DNA from: a virus
Virus genome (UHGV): UHGV-0144499
DNA: 46,145 nucleotides
Reading direction: 5' to 3' (one strand)
A program made the position numbers and the translations under genes. Below are positions 37,900 through 46,145 of this stretch, one piece after another. Each line of letters begins with the position of its first letter. Within the stretch, counting starts at the first letter, position 1. The notes below the pieces were generated by a model. It saw nothing but the letters and a program-made list of their open reading frames with translations, was not told the DNA's origin and did not search any database.

Positions 37900-37941
37900 A
37901 ATCTACGCCATGCTAGAATCTACGTCAAGGCGCATTGACAT
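37900..37941. promoter_or_regulatory. promoter/operator: AATCTACGCCA + GAATCTACGTCAAG tandem motif; minus-direction TTGACG-17-TAGATT
   Basis: Copies at 37900-37910 and 37916-37929; plus strand TTGACA at 37936-37941. Confidence 0.4.
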
Positions 37942-37961
37942 AACTACATCACCGGGGCATC

Positions 37962-38201
37962 ATGAAGGCATACTCATCTTTTTCGTGGGAGCAGAAGGAA
38001 AAAATATACTCACTCGCAAGAGCTGGCGTATCGGATGAGGCGTTGTGCGAAAGGTACGATGTGGATGAGGCCATCCTGCTGCGCATGTATGATGAAGTGC
38101 TGTGTGAGTTGCAGCGACGCCGTGGTTATAGTGGTCTGAAGACGATTAATGGTTTCTTTCGTAATGTTGAGTTAAATAACGATGAGGGTGGTGATTTATG
38201 A
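37962..38201 (+). CDS. hypothetical protein (79 aa)
   Basis: ORF. Confidence 0.45.
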   Translation: MKAYSSFSWEQKEKIYSLARAGVSDEALCERYDVDEAILLRMYDEVLCELQRRRGYSGLKTINGFFRNVELNNDEGGDL

Positions 38202-38232
38202 AGGGTATCGTATTTATGATTGAGGTGATGAA

Positions 38233-38721
38233 ATGACAACAATTGCATGGGATGGGGTTACGATTGCGCACGATAGTCAGTCCACTGCCGGAAGCCTGAT
38301 TATGGCTAACCAGCAGAAGTCTTTTGTACTTGATGAAAATGATAAGTTTTTTATTTGCGGTGAGCTGGCTGTATTGATTGTTGGTAGTGGTGCTGCTGGC
38401 GATGAACGATATGCGAAGCAGTTCATGCGTCGGGCCGTTGATGACATTATGGAGATGCCAGAAGAGCTGGACTTTACTCAGTGGGTATTCACAGATAAAG
38501 GGAACTGTTTTGCCATCCAGAAGATTCCTGACAATAAATATCCAGCTGTTTACGCAGTCATTCCTCCGCTTGCTGCTGGCTGTGGGCGCGACTTTGCTAT
38601 GACCGCGATGTATCTTGGGCAGACGGCTGAACAGGCGGTAATTACTGCGTCAGTTCTCGATGCTTTCACTGACTCGAATGTTAAAACATATAAATTTAAA
38701 CACGGTGAGGGGATGAAATGA
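38233..38721 (+). CDS. HslV/proteasome-beta-like Ntn-hydrolase (threonine peptidase T1-like), 162 aa
   Basis: MTTIAWDGVTIAHDSQSTAGSLIMANQQKSFVLDENDKFFICGELAVLIVGSGAAGD aligns motif-for-motif with HslV N-terminus (TTIV...V.IA.D.Q.T.G...M.K......NDK.I.G.AG...D): catalytic Thr directly after Met, conserved Asp, Lys and NDK block; RBS GAGGTGA. Confidence 0.6.
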   Translation: MTTIAWDGVTIAHDSQSTAGSLIMANQQKSFVLDENDKFFICGELAVLIVGSGAAGDERYAKQFMRRAVDDIMEMPEELDFTQWVFTDKGNCFAIQKIPDNKYPAVYAVIPPLAAGCGRDFAMTAMYLGQTAEQAVITASVLDAFTDSNVKTYKFKHGEGMK

Positions 38722-38882
38722 TTATTGAAGGTGAAATTTTTGAGGATATATCAACTACAGAGATTAATCCGCAGTCGATGAACATCAATCAAGATGGCGA
38801 CGCAATCGTCATCGACAGACACCAGGCCGCGCAGCTCATCGAGGTCCTGCAACGCTGGGTTGATGGCGAGGAGGTTGAGTGA
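38718..38882 (+). CDS. small acidic ORF (54 aa)
   Basis: ATGA-coupled; hand-translated. Confidence 0.3.
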   Translation: MIIEGEIFEDISTTEINPQSMNINQDGDAIVIDRHQAAQLIEVLQRWVDGEEVE

Positions 38883-39067
38883 TGAGTATTTACTTTATTC
38901 ATGCGGAAGTTCTGAGTGAAGGAAAGGTGGTGGCGAAGGCTTGCGCCATTGCGTACTCCGACTCTGCCGATGATGCTTTTGATTGGTTTATGGGCAGCGA
39001 AGAGGTAGCAAGATATAAGAATGGCGGGAGAGATGTAGTAATTGATAAACTAGAAAAGGTGGAATGA
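38879..39067 (+). CDS. hypothetical protein (62 aa)
   Basis: ORF, GTGATGA coupling. Confidence 0.4.
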   Translation: MMSIYFIHAEVLSEGKVVAKACAIAYSDSADDAFDWFMGSEEVARYKNGGRDVVIDKLEKVE

Positions 39068-39267
39068 TGAAGAGATTCCTTTTGGCGTGGTTATATCTCT
39101 TTGCAGTGTACGTGATATGCCTTGCTCTGGCCTTCCCGGTCTGCTGGTTCATCAAGTGGCAGCCACCGATGCTAAGCGATATCATGAATATCGGTGTACT
39201 GCGTATCGCGGTGTTTATGCTGATAACTTCTATGGTTGGCGCGTTGTTTCTTAGTAGAATTGATTGA
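39064..39267 (+). CDS. small membrane protein (67 aa, 2 TM)
   Basis: Two hydrophobic helices. Confidence 0.45.
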   Translation: MMKRFLLAWLYLFAVYVICLALAFPVCWFIKWQPPMLSDIMNIGVLRIAVFMLITSMVGALFLSRID

Positions 39268-39276
39268 GGTGGGGTA

Positions 39277-39474
39277 ATGACAAGAAAAGAGATTCATGAT
39301 GTGGCGGTTGGATGCAGGAAATGGATTGAGGAGATATGGTTTAAGCCTGGATTCAGTGGGAAGCGCTATAAATTGTACGCCAAGTGTTGCGGTTTGGTTC
39401 TTGGGGATAGAATAGAGCTTGCTATATTCCACCACAATGATAAAGCTCTCCATGATAGAGCCTTTGGTGACTGA
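39277..39474 (+). CDS. hypothetical protein (65 aa)
   Basis: ORF. Confidence 0.4.
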   Translation: MTRKEIHDVAVGCRKWIEEIWFKPGFSGKRYKLYAKCCGLVLGDRIELAIFHHNDKALHDRAFGD

Positions 39475-39482
39475 TACCATGC

Positions 39483-39514
39483 TATAATCCCATCTATGCG
39501 ATGGGATTTTTTAT
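39483..39514 (+). promoter_or_regulatory. extended -10 (TGCTATAAT) fused to hairpin atcccatc-tatgc-gatgggat + T6 directly upstream of portal gene
   Basis: Perfect 8-bp stem and TTTTTTAT tract 10 nt before portal ATG; TATAAT at 39483-39488 overlaps the stem. Confidence 0.4.
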
Positions 39515-39523
39515 GGTGACGAA

Positions 39524-40972
39524 ATGTCAAAGTTAGAGGCGGTAAACGCCTATATTCAACAGAGAGTGGCGAACAATAACAGGCTCATCGAGCGGCAGCG
39601 CCGGGAGTTTGGCGGTGTAAACATAGACCAAAAGCACACCAGACTGTATGTCGAATGTGGCTACCCTGAAGAAATCACCGCCGAGATGTTCCGCTATGCC
39701 TATGAGCGCTATGCACCGGCAACTGCTGGCGTCAATCGCGTGCTCGATAAGTGCTGGCAGACTCCGCCGCAAATTCTCGAAGAAGGCGCCGATGATAAAG
39801 CAAGCACTCCGTGGGAGAAGGCCACCAACAAGCTGTTTAAGCGTGCTGCGCCATTCATCAAGGATGCAGACCGCCGCAACCTCATCAATCGCTACTCCGG
39901 CCTCATCCTGCAAATCCGTGATGGAAAGCAATGGAATGAGCCGGTAGACACCACGAAAACAAAACGCATAAAGGATGCTGCCATTGTCCGTTACATTCCG
40001 GTGTGGGAAGAACAGCTTCGCGTTAGTGAGTGGGAAAATGATGAAGCCAGCGAGGACTATGGTCAACCGAAGATGTACGAATATCAGGAGTCGGTAGTCG
40101 GCGCCTGCAACAGCGACGGCAAACCAACGCGCTCCCTGAGCATTCATCCCGATCGCATTATCGTATTTGCCGAGGGTGCGATGGATGGCTCCATTTACTC
40201 TGGCGTTCCGCTTCTGCGTGCCGGGTACAACCACCTCATCGACATGGCGAAAGTCACTGGCTCAAGTGCAGAGGGATTCCTGAAGAATGCCAGTCGCCAG
40301 CTAAATGTTAATTACAACAAAGAGTCAGTTTCCGCTCAGTCTCTGGCGCAGCAAATGGGCGTGCCGCTGGAAGAGCTGGCAGATGTGCTCAATGAGGATG
40401 TGGTGCGCCTGAACGAGGCAATAGACGCCGCTATGTTTAGCATTGGAGCCGATGTCAAAGTGCTCTCAGTGACGCCAGCAGACCCAAGCCCAACGTGGAC
40501 TATTGCAGCCAACCAGTTTGCAGCATCCATCAAGAAGCCATTCACCATCCTGTTTGGTCAGCAGACTGGCCGCCTTGCGTCCGATGAGGACAAAACCGAT
40601 GACGCCATGAGCGCCAAGCAGCGCCGTGAGGACTGGCTGGACTACATCATCTCGGTATTCATTGACCGGATGATTTCCTTTGGCATTCTGGATAAAGCGC
40701 CAGAGAGCGGTTATTACTGCAAATGGGATGACCTGCTTGCGCCTTCCGAGCTGAACAAGGCCGACTTGCTGGTTAAACTCGCCACTGCAAACAAAGCTGT
40801 ATTCGACGCAGGGCAGATGGCTCTGATGACCGCAGATGAGATGCGCGGCATTGTTGGCATGGAGCCTCTGGAAGAGCAGCTTCCTGAAGGATTGCAGGAA
40901 GGTCAGCAGCAGGACCAGCAATCGCAGCAGGACCAACAGCAGGGCCAAACCGATGCGCCTCCTCAAAATTAA
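39524..40972 (+). CDS. portal protein (482 aa)
   Basis: Size and position between terminase and Mu-F-like head gene; acidic Gln-rich C-terminal tail. Confidence 0.65.
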   Translation: MSKLEAVNAYIQQRVANNNRLIERQRREFGGVNIDQKHTRLYVECGYPEEITAEMFRYAYERYAPATAGVNRVLDKCWQTPPQILEEGADDKASTPWEKATNKLFKRAAPFIKDADRRNLINRYSGLILQIRDGKQWNEPVDTTKTKRIKDAAIVRYIPVWEEQLRVSEWENDEASEDYGQPKMYEYQESVVGACNSDGKPTRSLSIHPDRIIVFAEGAMDGSIYSGVPLLRAGYNHLIDMAKVTGSSAEGFLKNASRQLNVNYNKESVSAQSLAQQMGVPLEELADVLNEDVVRLNEAIDAAMFSIGADVKVLSVTPADPSPTWTIAANQFAASIKKPFTILFGQQTGRLASDEDKTDDAMSAKQRREDWLDYIISVFIDRMISFGILDKAPESGYYCKWDDLLAPSELNKADLLVKLATANKAVFDAGQMALMTADEMRGIVGMEPLEEQLPEGLQEGQQQDQQSQQDQQQGQTDAPPQN

Positions 40973-41897
40973 TGCCCGGCTTCCGCAGCCAAAATTAAGC
41001 ATAAGCCTGACAGACCCACTCGGCGCAGTGGGTCGCGTCAATAAGATGGTGCGCGACGTTGACGCCAGATATGTGACGCTAAAATCGCAGGTTGCCGAGC
41101 TGTTCCGCACCATTCCCGTGGCGACTGGCAATGCTGAGGCTGGAAATTATTATTATGATTTCTCAGCCTACCGCGCATCGACATTCTTTGATGAGCTTCA
41201 GCGCATTCTTGATAGTCAGTTGCTGCAAGGCGATGATTTCACGCACGGAAGGTTGTGGGCATCATCCTATGTCAGCGACGCCATGTATGCTGGTGCGCAG
41301 AAGGCAAACTCAGACCTGAGTGACCTGTCGTCGGCATACAAAGACAGCAGGCCGCTTGCTGAAATCCTGTACTCTCAGCCGTATCTCGACAGGCTTCAAC
41401 TTGCGTACACGCGCACGTATAACGACTGGGGTGGCCTCTCTGATTACACGCGGCAGCAGGTGGCAGAAGTCATCACTGCTGGCATTGCAAATGGCGACGC
41501 TCCTGGAGTGGTTGAACAAAACATCGTTAACCGCATGGACGTATCAAGGAGTTACGCGCGCTCCATTGCTCAAACTGAAATCACCAACACCCTGCGTGAG
41601 GCTAACAGGCGCGAAGTGAAGGAGGCGCAGGTAACGCTGGGTATGGATACCATCATGCTCTGGCAGTCGGCGTTGATGAAGACCACCCGCGTTACTCATG
41701 CCGCGCGTCATGGGAAGTATTACACCCCGGAAGAGATTGATGAGTTCTACAGCGAAGGCGCAAACCGCCGTAACTGCCACTGTGCGCAAACCCCAGCACT
41801 GGTGATGGATGGCAAGCCTGTGATACTTGAAAAAACGCAGGAAAGACTCGATAAGCAGCGTGAAGCATGGCAGGATACACACAAGAAAACCGCCTGA
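40953..41897 (+). CDS. head morphogenesis protein (Mu F / SPP1 gp7-like), 314 aa
   Basis: Follows portal with overlap; start at ATG 40953 (MRLLKINA) rather than track start inside portal. Confidence 0.55.
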   Translation: MRLLKINARLPQPKLSISLTDPLGAVGRVNKMVRDVDARYVTLKSQVAELFRTIPVATGNAEAGNYYYDFSAYRASTFFDELQRILDSQLLQGDDFTHGRLWASSYVSDAMYAGAQKANSDLSDLSSAYKDSRPLAEILYSQPYLDRLQLAYTRTYNDWGGLSDYTRQQVAEVITAGIANGDAPGVVEQNIVNRMDVSRSYARSIAQTEITNTLREANRREVKEAQVTLGMDTIMLWQSALMKTTRVTHAARHGKYYTPEEIDEFYSEGANRRNCHCAQTPALVMDGKPVILEKTQERLDKQREAWQDTHKKTA

Positions 41898-41949
41898 TGG
41901 CGGCTTCTGTCAAATATTACTTTTCTTGTTGTGAAGGGTGTGCATAGAC

Positions 41950-42090
41950 TCAAGCCATTCTATTTTGTTCATTTAAATAAACCTCTCTAAGTTCACCCAT
42001 CACGCTCAGCCATGCTGCATGCTCATCCATGCCGCGCATCACCAGCCTTGCGTAGCGATTACGGGCCTTAAACATCAGTAGCGGGCACAT
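41950..42090 (-). CDS. small ORF (46 aa)
   Basis: TAATG coupling with upstream secreted-protein gene. Confidence 0.3.
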   Translation of the reverse strand: MCPLLMFKARNRYARLVMRGMDEHAAWLSVMGELREVYLNEQNRMA

Positions 42091-42380
42091 TATTTGTCAC
42101 CAATCGTTGACAGGCAGACTTCACGTGCGACGGCGGCCACTTCTTTCGGTGTCTTGTCTGTCATTTTGTATGCCCCATCAACGATGGCCTTGCTGAGTTG
42201 GTTAAATTCAGCGCCATACTGGCCTCCAAAAGAAACAATCAGCGCGAGCTGCTTTGATACGCCAGCATCACGGGCTTCTGCTGCCGCTTCACCGAACTCA
42301 CCAACTGCATTGCAAAACTCGCCAGCCGACGCACCAAATGAAGCCATTGCGAATACTGCTGCTGCGATTAATTTTTTCAT
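42090..42380 (-). CDS. secreted small protein (96 aa) with SPase I signal peptide
   Basis: MKKLIAAAVFAMASFGASA|GE signal peptide; RBS AGGAGAG; reverse-oriented moron next to lysis cassette. Confidence 0.55.
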   Translation of the reverse strand: MKKLIAAAVFAMASFGASAGEFCNAVGEFGEAAAEARDAGVSKQLALIVSFGGQYGAEFNQLSKAIVDGAYKMTDKTPKEVAAVAREVCLSTIGDK

Positions 42381-42403
42381 TTTTTACTCTCCTGTGTTTG
42401 TGT

Positions 42404-42455
42404 ATCTACATCATCGCTTACGATTCAATCTACGTCAAGACTATTGTGATAAAAT
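42404..42455. promoter_or_regulatory. divergent promoter/operator: ATCTACATCA + TCAATCTACGTCAAG; plus-direction TGATAAAAT extended -10 for lysis genes
   Basis: Copies at 42404-42413 and 42425-42439; TGATAAAAT at 42447-42455; near-identical architecture to 7427-7484. Confidence 0.45.
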
Positions 42456-42479
42456 AATCTGCATCACCGGAGGTAACAA

Positions 42480-42914
42480 ATGAAACTATCGCAGCGCGGC
42501 ATTGATTTAATCAAACAATTCGAGGGTTACAGCTCGAAGGCATACCCGGACCCAGCTACTGGCGGCGCACCGTGGACTATCGGTTACGGCACAACCCGTG
42601 GCGTTAAGCCAGGCATGGTTATCACCGCAGAACAAGCGGAAAAGATGCTGCGTGACGACGTAGCAAAATTTGAAAGCGGCGTCTCGTCACTCATCACTGC
42701 CCCAACAACTCAGGGCCAGTTTGATGCAATGGTGTCGCTGGCCTATAACATCGGCCTTGGTAACTTTGGCAAATCAACGCTTCTGAAAAAGCATAACGCC
42801 CGCTGCTACACCTGTGCCGCCGACCAGTTCCGGGTATGGAATCGCGCTAATGGCAAGGTCATGAACGGACTGACCAAGCGCCGCGCAGATGAACGTCAGG
42901 TCTACATGTCATGA
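42480..42914 (+). CDS. endolysin, GH24 lysozyme (144 aa)
   Basis: FEGYSSKAYPD...GAPWTIGYGTT...GLGNF: phage lysozyme catalytic Glu/Asp/Thr arrangement; RBS GGAGGTAA. Confidence 0.85.
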   Translation: MKLSQRGIDLIKQFEGYSSKAYPDPATGGAPWTIGYGTTRGVKPGMVITAEQAEKMLRDDVAKFESGVSSLITAPTTQGQFDAMVSLAYNIGLGNFGKSTLLKKHNARCYTCAADQFRVWNRANGKVMNGLTKRRADERQVYMS

Positions 42915-43156
42915 GGCGCCTAACTAACTGGCTTATCGGCACTTGGGCGTCATTCTGCTCGCTGATTCATCTCTGGCCTGACGCTATGGTTCATGTATGG
43001 GCATTCATGCCGGAAGACTTAAAGTCTTCCATTCCACCGATTGCGGTCAAGGCGATCAGCTACAGCATCCTTATTGCCTCGCTGTTTGGAAAAATGCACG
43101 GCATGAAGAAAGAGATTAAGGCGCTGAAAAATGATTCTGCAAATCCTCAAGGCTAA
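42911..43156 (+). CDS. putative holin (81 aa, two hydrophobic helices)
   Basis: ATGA-coupled to endolysin; two TM segments; between endolysin and spanins. Confidence 0.4.
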   Translation: MRRLTNWLIGTWASFCSLIHLWPDAMVHVWAFMPEDLKSSIPPIAVKAISYSILIASLFGKMHGMKKEIKALKNDSANPQG

Positions 43157-43625
43157 CTGGAAAATCATTGCGGCTATCATCGGTGTCGCACTCCTGGCGC
43201 TGATTATCTACGGAAAGTGGGTCAATTACGGGAAGGCGAAATATCACTCTGGATATCTGGCCGCCGTGGAGGCGCAGAAGGTCAAAGATAAAGAGGCAAG
43301 CGAACAACATGAGCAAGACAAAAAGACCATCGAGCAGGAAGCACAAAACCGCATTGATGCCGCGCGTGCTGATGCTTCCGCTGCTGCTGCTAAGTCTGGC
43401 AGGTTGCAGCAACAGCTCGCCACAATCAGAAAGCAGCTCCTCGATTATTCCCGCACTGAGTCCATTGGCAATCCAACCTCAAACACCGGAGTTTTGCTTG
43501 CCGACGTGCTCAGCAAATCTGTCGAAAGAAACAGACAACTGGCAGAATATGCTGACTCAGCAAGAGAGGCCGGATTGACTTGTCAGGCGCAATATAACTC
43601 CCTGCGCAATAAAAAAGCCCCGTAA
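43131..43625 (+). CDS. i-spanin (Rz-like), 164 aa
   Basis: N-terminal TM IIAAIIGVALLALIIY followed by long charged coiled-coil periplasmic domain. Confidence 0.6.
   Translation: MILQILKANWKIIAAIIGVALLALIIYGKWVNYGKAKYHSGYLAAVEAQKVKDKEASEQHEQDKKTIEQEAQNRIDAARADASAAAAKSGRLQQQLATIRKQLLDYSRTESIGNPTSNTGVLLADVLSKSVERNRQLAEYADSAREAGLTCQAQYNSLRNKKAP
43357..43578 (+). CDS. o-spanin (Rz1-like) embedded in +1 frame of i-spanin
   Basis: MPRVLMLPLLLLSLAGC: signal peptide with lipobox LAGC; Pro/Ser-rich mature part; entirely inside i-spanin gene. Confidence 0.6.
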   Translation: MPRVLMLPLLLLSLAGCSNSSPQSESSSSIIPALSPLAIQPQTPEFCLPTCSANLSKETDNWQNMLTQQERPD

Positions 43626-43640
43626 AGGGGCTTTGTTTTA
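43611..43640. terminator. bidirectional rho-independent terminator
   Basis: agcccc-gtaaa-ggggct then TTGTTTT, preceded by A6. Confidence 0.55.
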
Positions 43641-43659
43641 ACCTTCTCCGTAGCCAATG

Positions 43660-43875
43660 TCACGCATAAAGCGCCTCCATTTTGTAAGCAAACATGATTG
43701 CATTCTGATGCTCAACGCTACCAGCAAAAGCCAGATAGCGGCGCCCACGATTGCTGGTGATGATGTAGGCTGCTGGTTCGCTGAACCTCGGAATGTGGTA
43801 ATCGCGCTGCGCAGGTTCCTGTAACTCCACCATGTCAATTTCAATGCGTGGCACGGGGTCTTGTATTGGCATCAC
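43660..43875 (-). CDS. hypothetical protein (71 aa)
   Basis: ORF, ATGA-coupled. Confidence 0.45.
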   Translation of the reverse strand: MMPIQDPVPRIEIDMVELQEPAQRDYHIPRFSEPAAYIITSNRGRRYLAFAGSVEHQNAIMFAYKMEALYA

Positions 43876-44345
43876 TTCACCTCCCCATTCAGTTCATTAA
43901 CAATTAATGTTGCATAGCCAGCAATGTCCTTCCAGCTATCGTCGTATGTCGGGTCGCCATTCAGGATTCTACCGATTTTATGCTGAATCATGTCGAGTGC
44001 CTCCCTCTGGCTCGCCGTCAGGGTATTCCAGCCGTCAACGTCGCGCATGGTGTCTTTCAGTGACTGCATGATATCTGCGCCATATTTGAATTTGCCATAA
44101 CGGCTGCCGCGCTCGGTGATGAGGGCTTCTGTGGAGCTGGCGCGCCCATTCAAGTCATCATCAGTTACTGGCTCACGATGAGCGATAACAATATCGCCAG
44201 ACTTTTCGATATCCTTATCTCGCCCTGCATAATCCGCGCTGAGGTAGTGGATTTTGCCACTGGTTGCTGATTTTACAGCAAGAACGGCATCTTCATGGCC
44301 ATTAAAATAATCAGCACTTCCCTTCAGGTATTTGTATTTCATCAC
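43872..44345 (-). CDS. hypothetical protein (157 aa)
   Basis: ORF in leftward early cassette. Confidence 0.5.
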   Translation of the reverse strand: MMKYKYLKGSADYFNGHEDAVLAVKSATSGKIHYLSADYAGRDKDIEKSGDIVIAHREPVTDDDLNGRASSTEALITERGSRYGKFKYGADIMQSLKDTMRDVDGWNTLTASQREALDMIQHKIGRILNGDPTYDDSWKDIAGYATLIVNELNGEVK

Positions 44346-44542
44346 TCCACCCTCAGCGTAACCTTGTTTTTCTCATCCACACTGAAGTGTTCGCGCACAA
44401 ACGCATACATTTCTTCAGCGCTCCATTCCCGCATTGCTACATAGCAGTGCGCGTAATATCTGACATCTCGCAGGCTTAACGGCTGGCGCTTAGCGATAAT
44501 TTCAGTCAGTGCTTCCAGTGGTTCTTTGCGTTGTCTCGCCAT
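44342..44542 (-). CDS. hypothetical protein (66 aa)
   Basis: RBS AGGAGAG; first gene after promoter. Confidence 0.45.
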   Translation of the reverse strand: MARQRKEPLEALTEIIAKRQPLSLRDVRYYAHCYVAMREWSAEEMYAFVREHFSVDEKNKVTLRVE

Positions 44543-44565
44543 TGTCGCTCTCCTGTGAAATCATC

Positions 44566-44612
44566 TTGACTAATCTACGTCAATTAGTCAATACTAGGTG
44601 TTGTAGATTGTA
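44566..44612. promoter_or_regulatory. divergent promoter/operator: TTGACT + AATCTACGTCAAT motif, inverted half copy TTGTAGATTG
   Basis: Motif 44572-44584; inverted copy 44601-44610; lies between divergent genes 44542 (-) and 44638 (+). Confidence 0.4.
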
Positions 44613-44637
44613 TCATAGTTGCGAGAGGTGGTGTGGA

Positions 44638-44853
44638 ATGAAGAAGTGGCAGGAGGTGACAGAAGTTCATAAGCGCGATTGCCGGGAGACTCTGCAAATG
44701 CTTAATGTGCCAGAGTCAATCATTAAATCTATCGAGCAGCGCATTGACCTCGCTGCTATGGAGGCCGCCCATGAAGCCGAGGAAGCGCAAATGTTGTCAT
44801 GGATGGACAGAACTCTACCGGGCGTTTTACGTCGTGGTAAGACTACCGATTGA
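44638..44853 (+). CDS. hypothetical protein (71 aa)
   Basis: Start at ATG 44638 with RBS GAGGTGGTG. Confidence 0.45.
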   Translation: MKKWQEVTEVHKRDCRETLQMLNVPESIIKSIEQRIDLAAMEAAHEAEEAQMLSWMDRTLPGVLRRGKTTD

Positions 44854-44936
44854 AGATGATGACGGGTATCTGCACAGCCATAGTCAGGTGCTCAAATATT
44901 ATGGCGTTCACTACAAAGTGCTGATGGAGAGAAAAA

Positions 44937-45128
44937 ATGAATGCTGATCAGGTGTACGAAAAAGAGTTGCTGAACAAGCTGGAGGAACTTGACCGTACTC
45001 GAGCCTGGGTTGAAAGCGAATTGCGCGAGGTTCGCAACCGCATGCAACGGCAGGTTAACCGCGAAATTATTGAGTGGCGCGAAGGGCGCCCGCATTTCAG
45101 CAATATTGGTGAATGGGTGGCGAAATGA
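44937..45128 (+). CDS. hypothetical protein (63 aa)
   Basis: ORF, coiled-coil. Confidence 0.45.
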   Translation: MNADQVYEKELLNKLEELDRTRAWVESELREVRNRMQRQVNREIIEWREGRPHFSNIGEWVAK

Positions 45129-45361
45129 AACCAATGATGAATGATGAGAAATTACTAGGGTGTCCGTTTTGCGGTAGCGAAAATTCCATGCGGAACAAGG
45201 ATGGGCAATGGCATTTTGTAGTATGCCAGGATTGCGGCTGCCGTACTGATGACTGGATGGTTGCGGCGACAGCAATCATTAAATGGAATACCAGAAATGG
45301 CCACCTCTATACCGCTGACGACTACAAGCAAGATGCAATGGAGCGCGCAAATGGACTTTAA
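45113..45361 (+). CDS. zinc-ribbon protein (82 aa)
   Basis: CPFCGSEN...CQDCGC four-Cys ribbon. Confidence 0.5.
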   Translation: MGGEMKPMMNDEKLLGCPFCGSENSMRNKDGQWHFVVCQDCGCRTDDWMVAATAIIKWNTRNGHLYTADDYKQDAMERANGL

Positions 45362-45821
45362 AACGCAAATACTCACGGTGATAGAGCGCTGCGGCGGCGC
45401 AACCAATGCCATGATACGCAAGCAGACTGGCATGACAAACCGAGCCAGCGTTACAGGCTATCTGATTGAGCTGGAGAGCATGGGATTTATTATTAAGGAG
45501 GAAAGCGTCAGCTATGGCAGGCGCTGCTTTAAGTATTTCCTCAATCCAGATAATACCGCGCTTGACCTGGCAATTCAGGCCTATCTTGAGGCGAATCCGG
45601 GACGCAAGAGCAAGCAGATAGCAGAGGCTGTAGGCGTCAATTACACCATTCTCAAGGCACGCATGCGCTATCTGGCAAGCATTGGTCAGGTTGACCGTGA
45701 AATGCTTCCCGGCGGTGCATGGAAATATTACTGGCAGGAGATCATCCCGTTTGGCATGAGCCGTGACAGGATGATGTTTGAAAAGCTGCTTGCCGGGGCA
45801 CGTCAGTCATGTGGGCGGTAA
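45351..45821 (+). CDS. putative winged-helix DNA-binding protein (156 aa)
   Basis: Two HTH-like segments; start chosen at ATG 45351 with GGAGCG RBS. Confidence 0.4.
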   Translation: MDFKTQILTVIERCGGATNAMIRKQTGMTNRASVTGYLIELESMGFIIKEESVSYGRRCFKYFLNPDNTALDLAIQAYLEANPGRKSKQIAEAVGVNYTILKARMRYLASIGQVDREMLPGGAWKYYWQEIIPFGMSRDRMMFEKLLAGARQSCGR

Positions 45822-46021
45822 AGCATAAATCAGGAACCGTGCTGTTTGTCACCAACTGTGAGCGTACGGCTAGTAATCGCAGAGAGATGGGGTGGATAGT
45901 GGAAGAAACAGAATGCCCGCACGAATGGGTTAGCAAGGGAAGCTATCCGGATATTTATTATGTATGCATGTGGTGCGGAGAGTGCGCTGATGACGAAAAT
46001 GACGAGCAGAGAGCAGTTTGA
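45809..46021 (+). CDS. zinc-ribbon protein (70 aa)
   Basis: CPHEW...CMWCGEC cysteines; acidic tail. Confidence 0.45.
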   Translation: MWAVKHKSGTVLFVTNCERTASNRREMGWIVEETECPHEWVSKGSYPDIYYVCMWCGECADDENDEQRAV

Positions 46022-46145
46022 AGGGTGGGCAACCAATGCCGGTTTTATTGTTACCACTAAAAATGACGGCTACTTATACCCAGCAACCAATAGCGCATGG
46101 CAAGCATGGCAAGCATCACGCGAAGCCATTGAGATTGAACTGCCA

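Noticed and set aside
40836-40952. N-terminal extension of the head morphogenesis ORF overlapping the portal 3' end
   Set aside because: The portal C-terminal coding is better supported; ATG at 40953 directly follows it, so the upstream in-frame stretch is treated as non-coding overlap.
42254-42457. 67-aa + strand ORF opposite the secreted-protein gene
   Set aside because: Antisense to a gene with signal peptide and RBS, and it runs through the promoter motif; spurious.
1-46145. CRISPR arrays, integrase, CI-like repressor, attP core, transposase
   Set aside because: No spacer-repeat periodicity and no tyrosine/serine recombinase or repressor-like ORFs found on either strand. The long repeats that do occur are the iteron hexamers and the promoter 12-mer described above.

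Overview
This window looks like most or all of a roughly 46-kb dsDNA siphovirus genome from an enterobacterial-type host (about 50% GC; AGGAG-type RBS, many overlapping ATGA/TAATG gene junctions). I found no integrase or repressor, so it looks lytic. Taxonomic placement is not asserted. The modules on the + strand are: head (scaffold/protease-like protein, decoration-like protein, major capsid protein at 620-5052); head-tail connectors (7630-9550); two tRNAs on the minus strand; a lambda-like tail module (Ig-domain tail tube, chaperone, 1097-aa tape measure, M/L/K-like proteins, I-J-like tip protein, and a 990-aa tailspike with a C-terminal SGNH/GDSL esterase); packaging genes (small terminase, large terminase split by a 363-aa LAGLIDADG intein in the Walker A loop, portal, Mu-F-like head protein); and a lysis cassette (GH24 endolysin, holin-like protein, embedded i/o-spanins). 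A large minus-strand replication/recombination block (23473-32283) encodes SSB, a RecA/Sak4-like ATPase, a PD-(D/E)XK exonuclease, a VRR-NUC nuclease, an SF2 helicase with Zn ribbons and a large replication protein, plus a DnaG-like primase on the + strand. Selfish or accessory elements are frequent: two HNH-AP2 homing endonucleases (one possibly frameshifted), a T5orf172/GIY-YIG-like gene with triple Zn-ribbon repeats, the intein, several small reverse-oriented cassettes each carrying the same promoter/operator 12-mer, an HslV-like Ntn-hydrolase gene, and a HAD-phosphatase remnant. A GGGAAC/GTTCCC iteron array flanking an AT-rich core (32398-32664) sits at the replication/early-gene divergence point and is the best origin candidate. 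All functional calls rest on motif-level reading of the translations and on synteny; no database searches were run.
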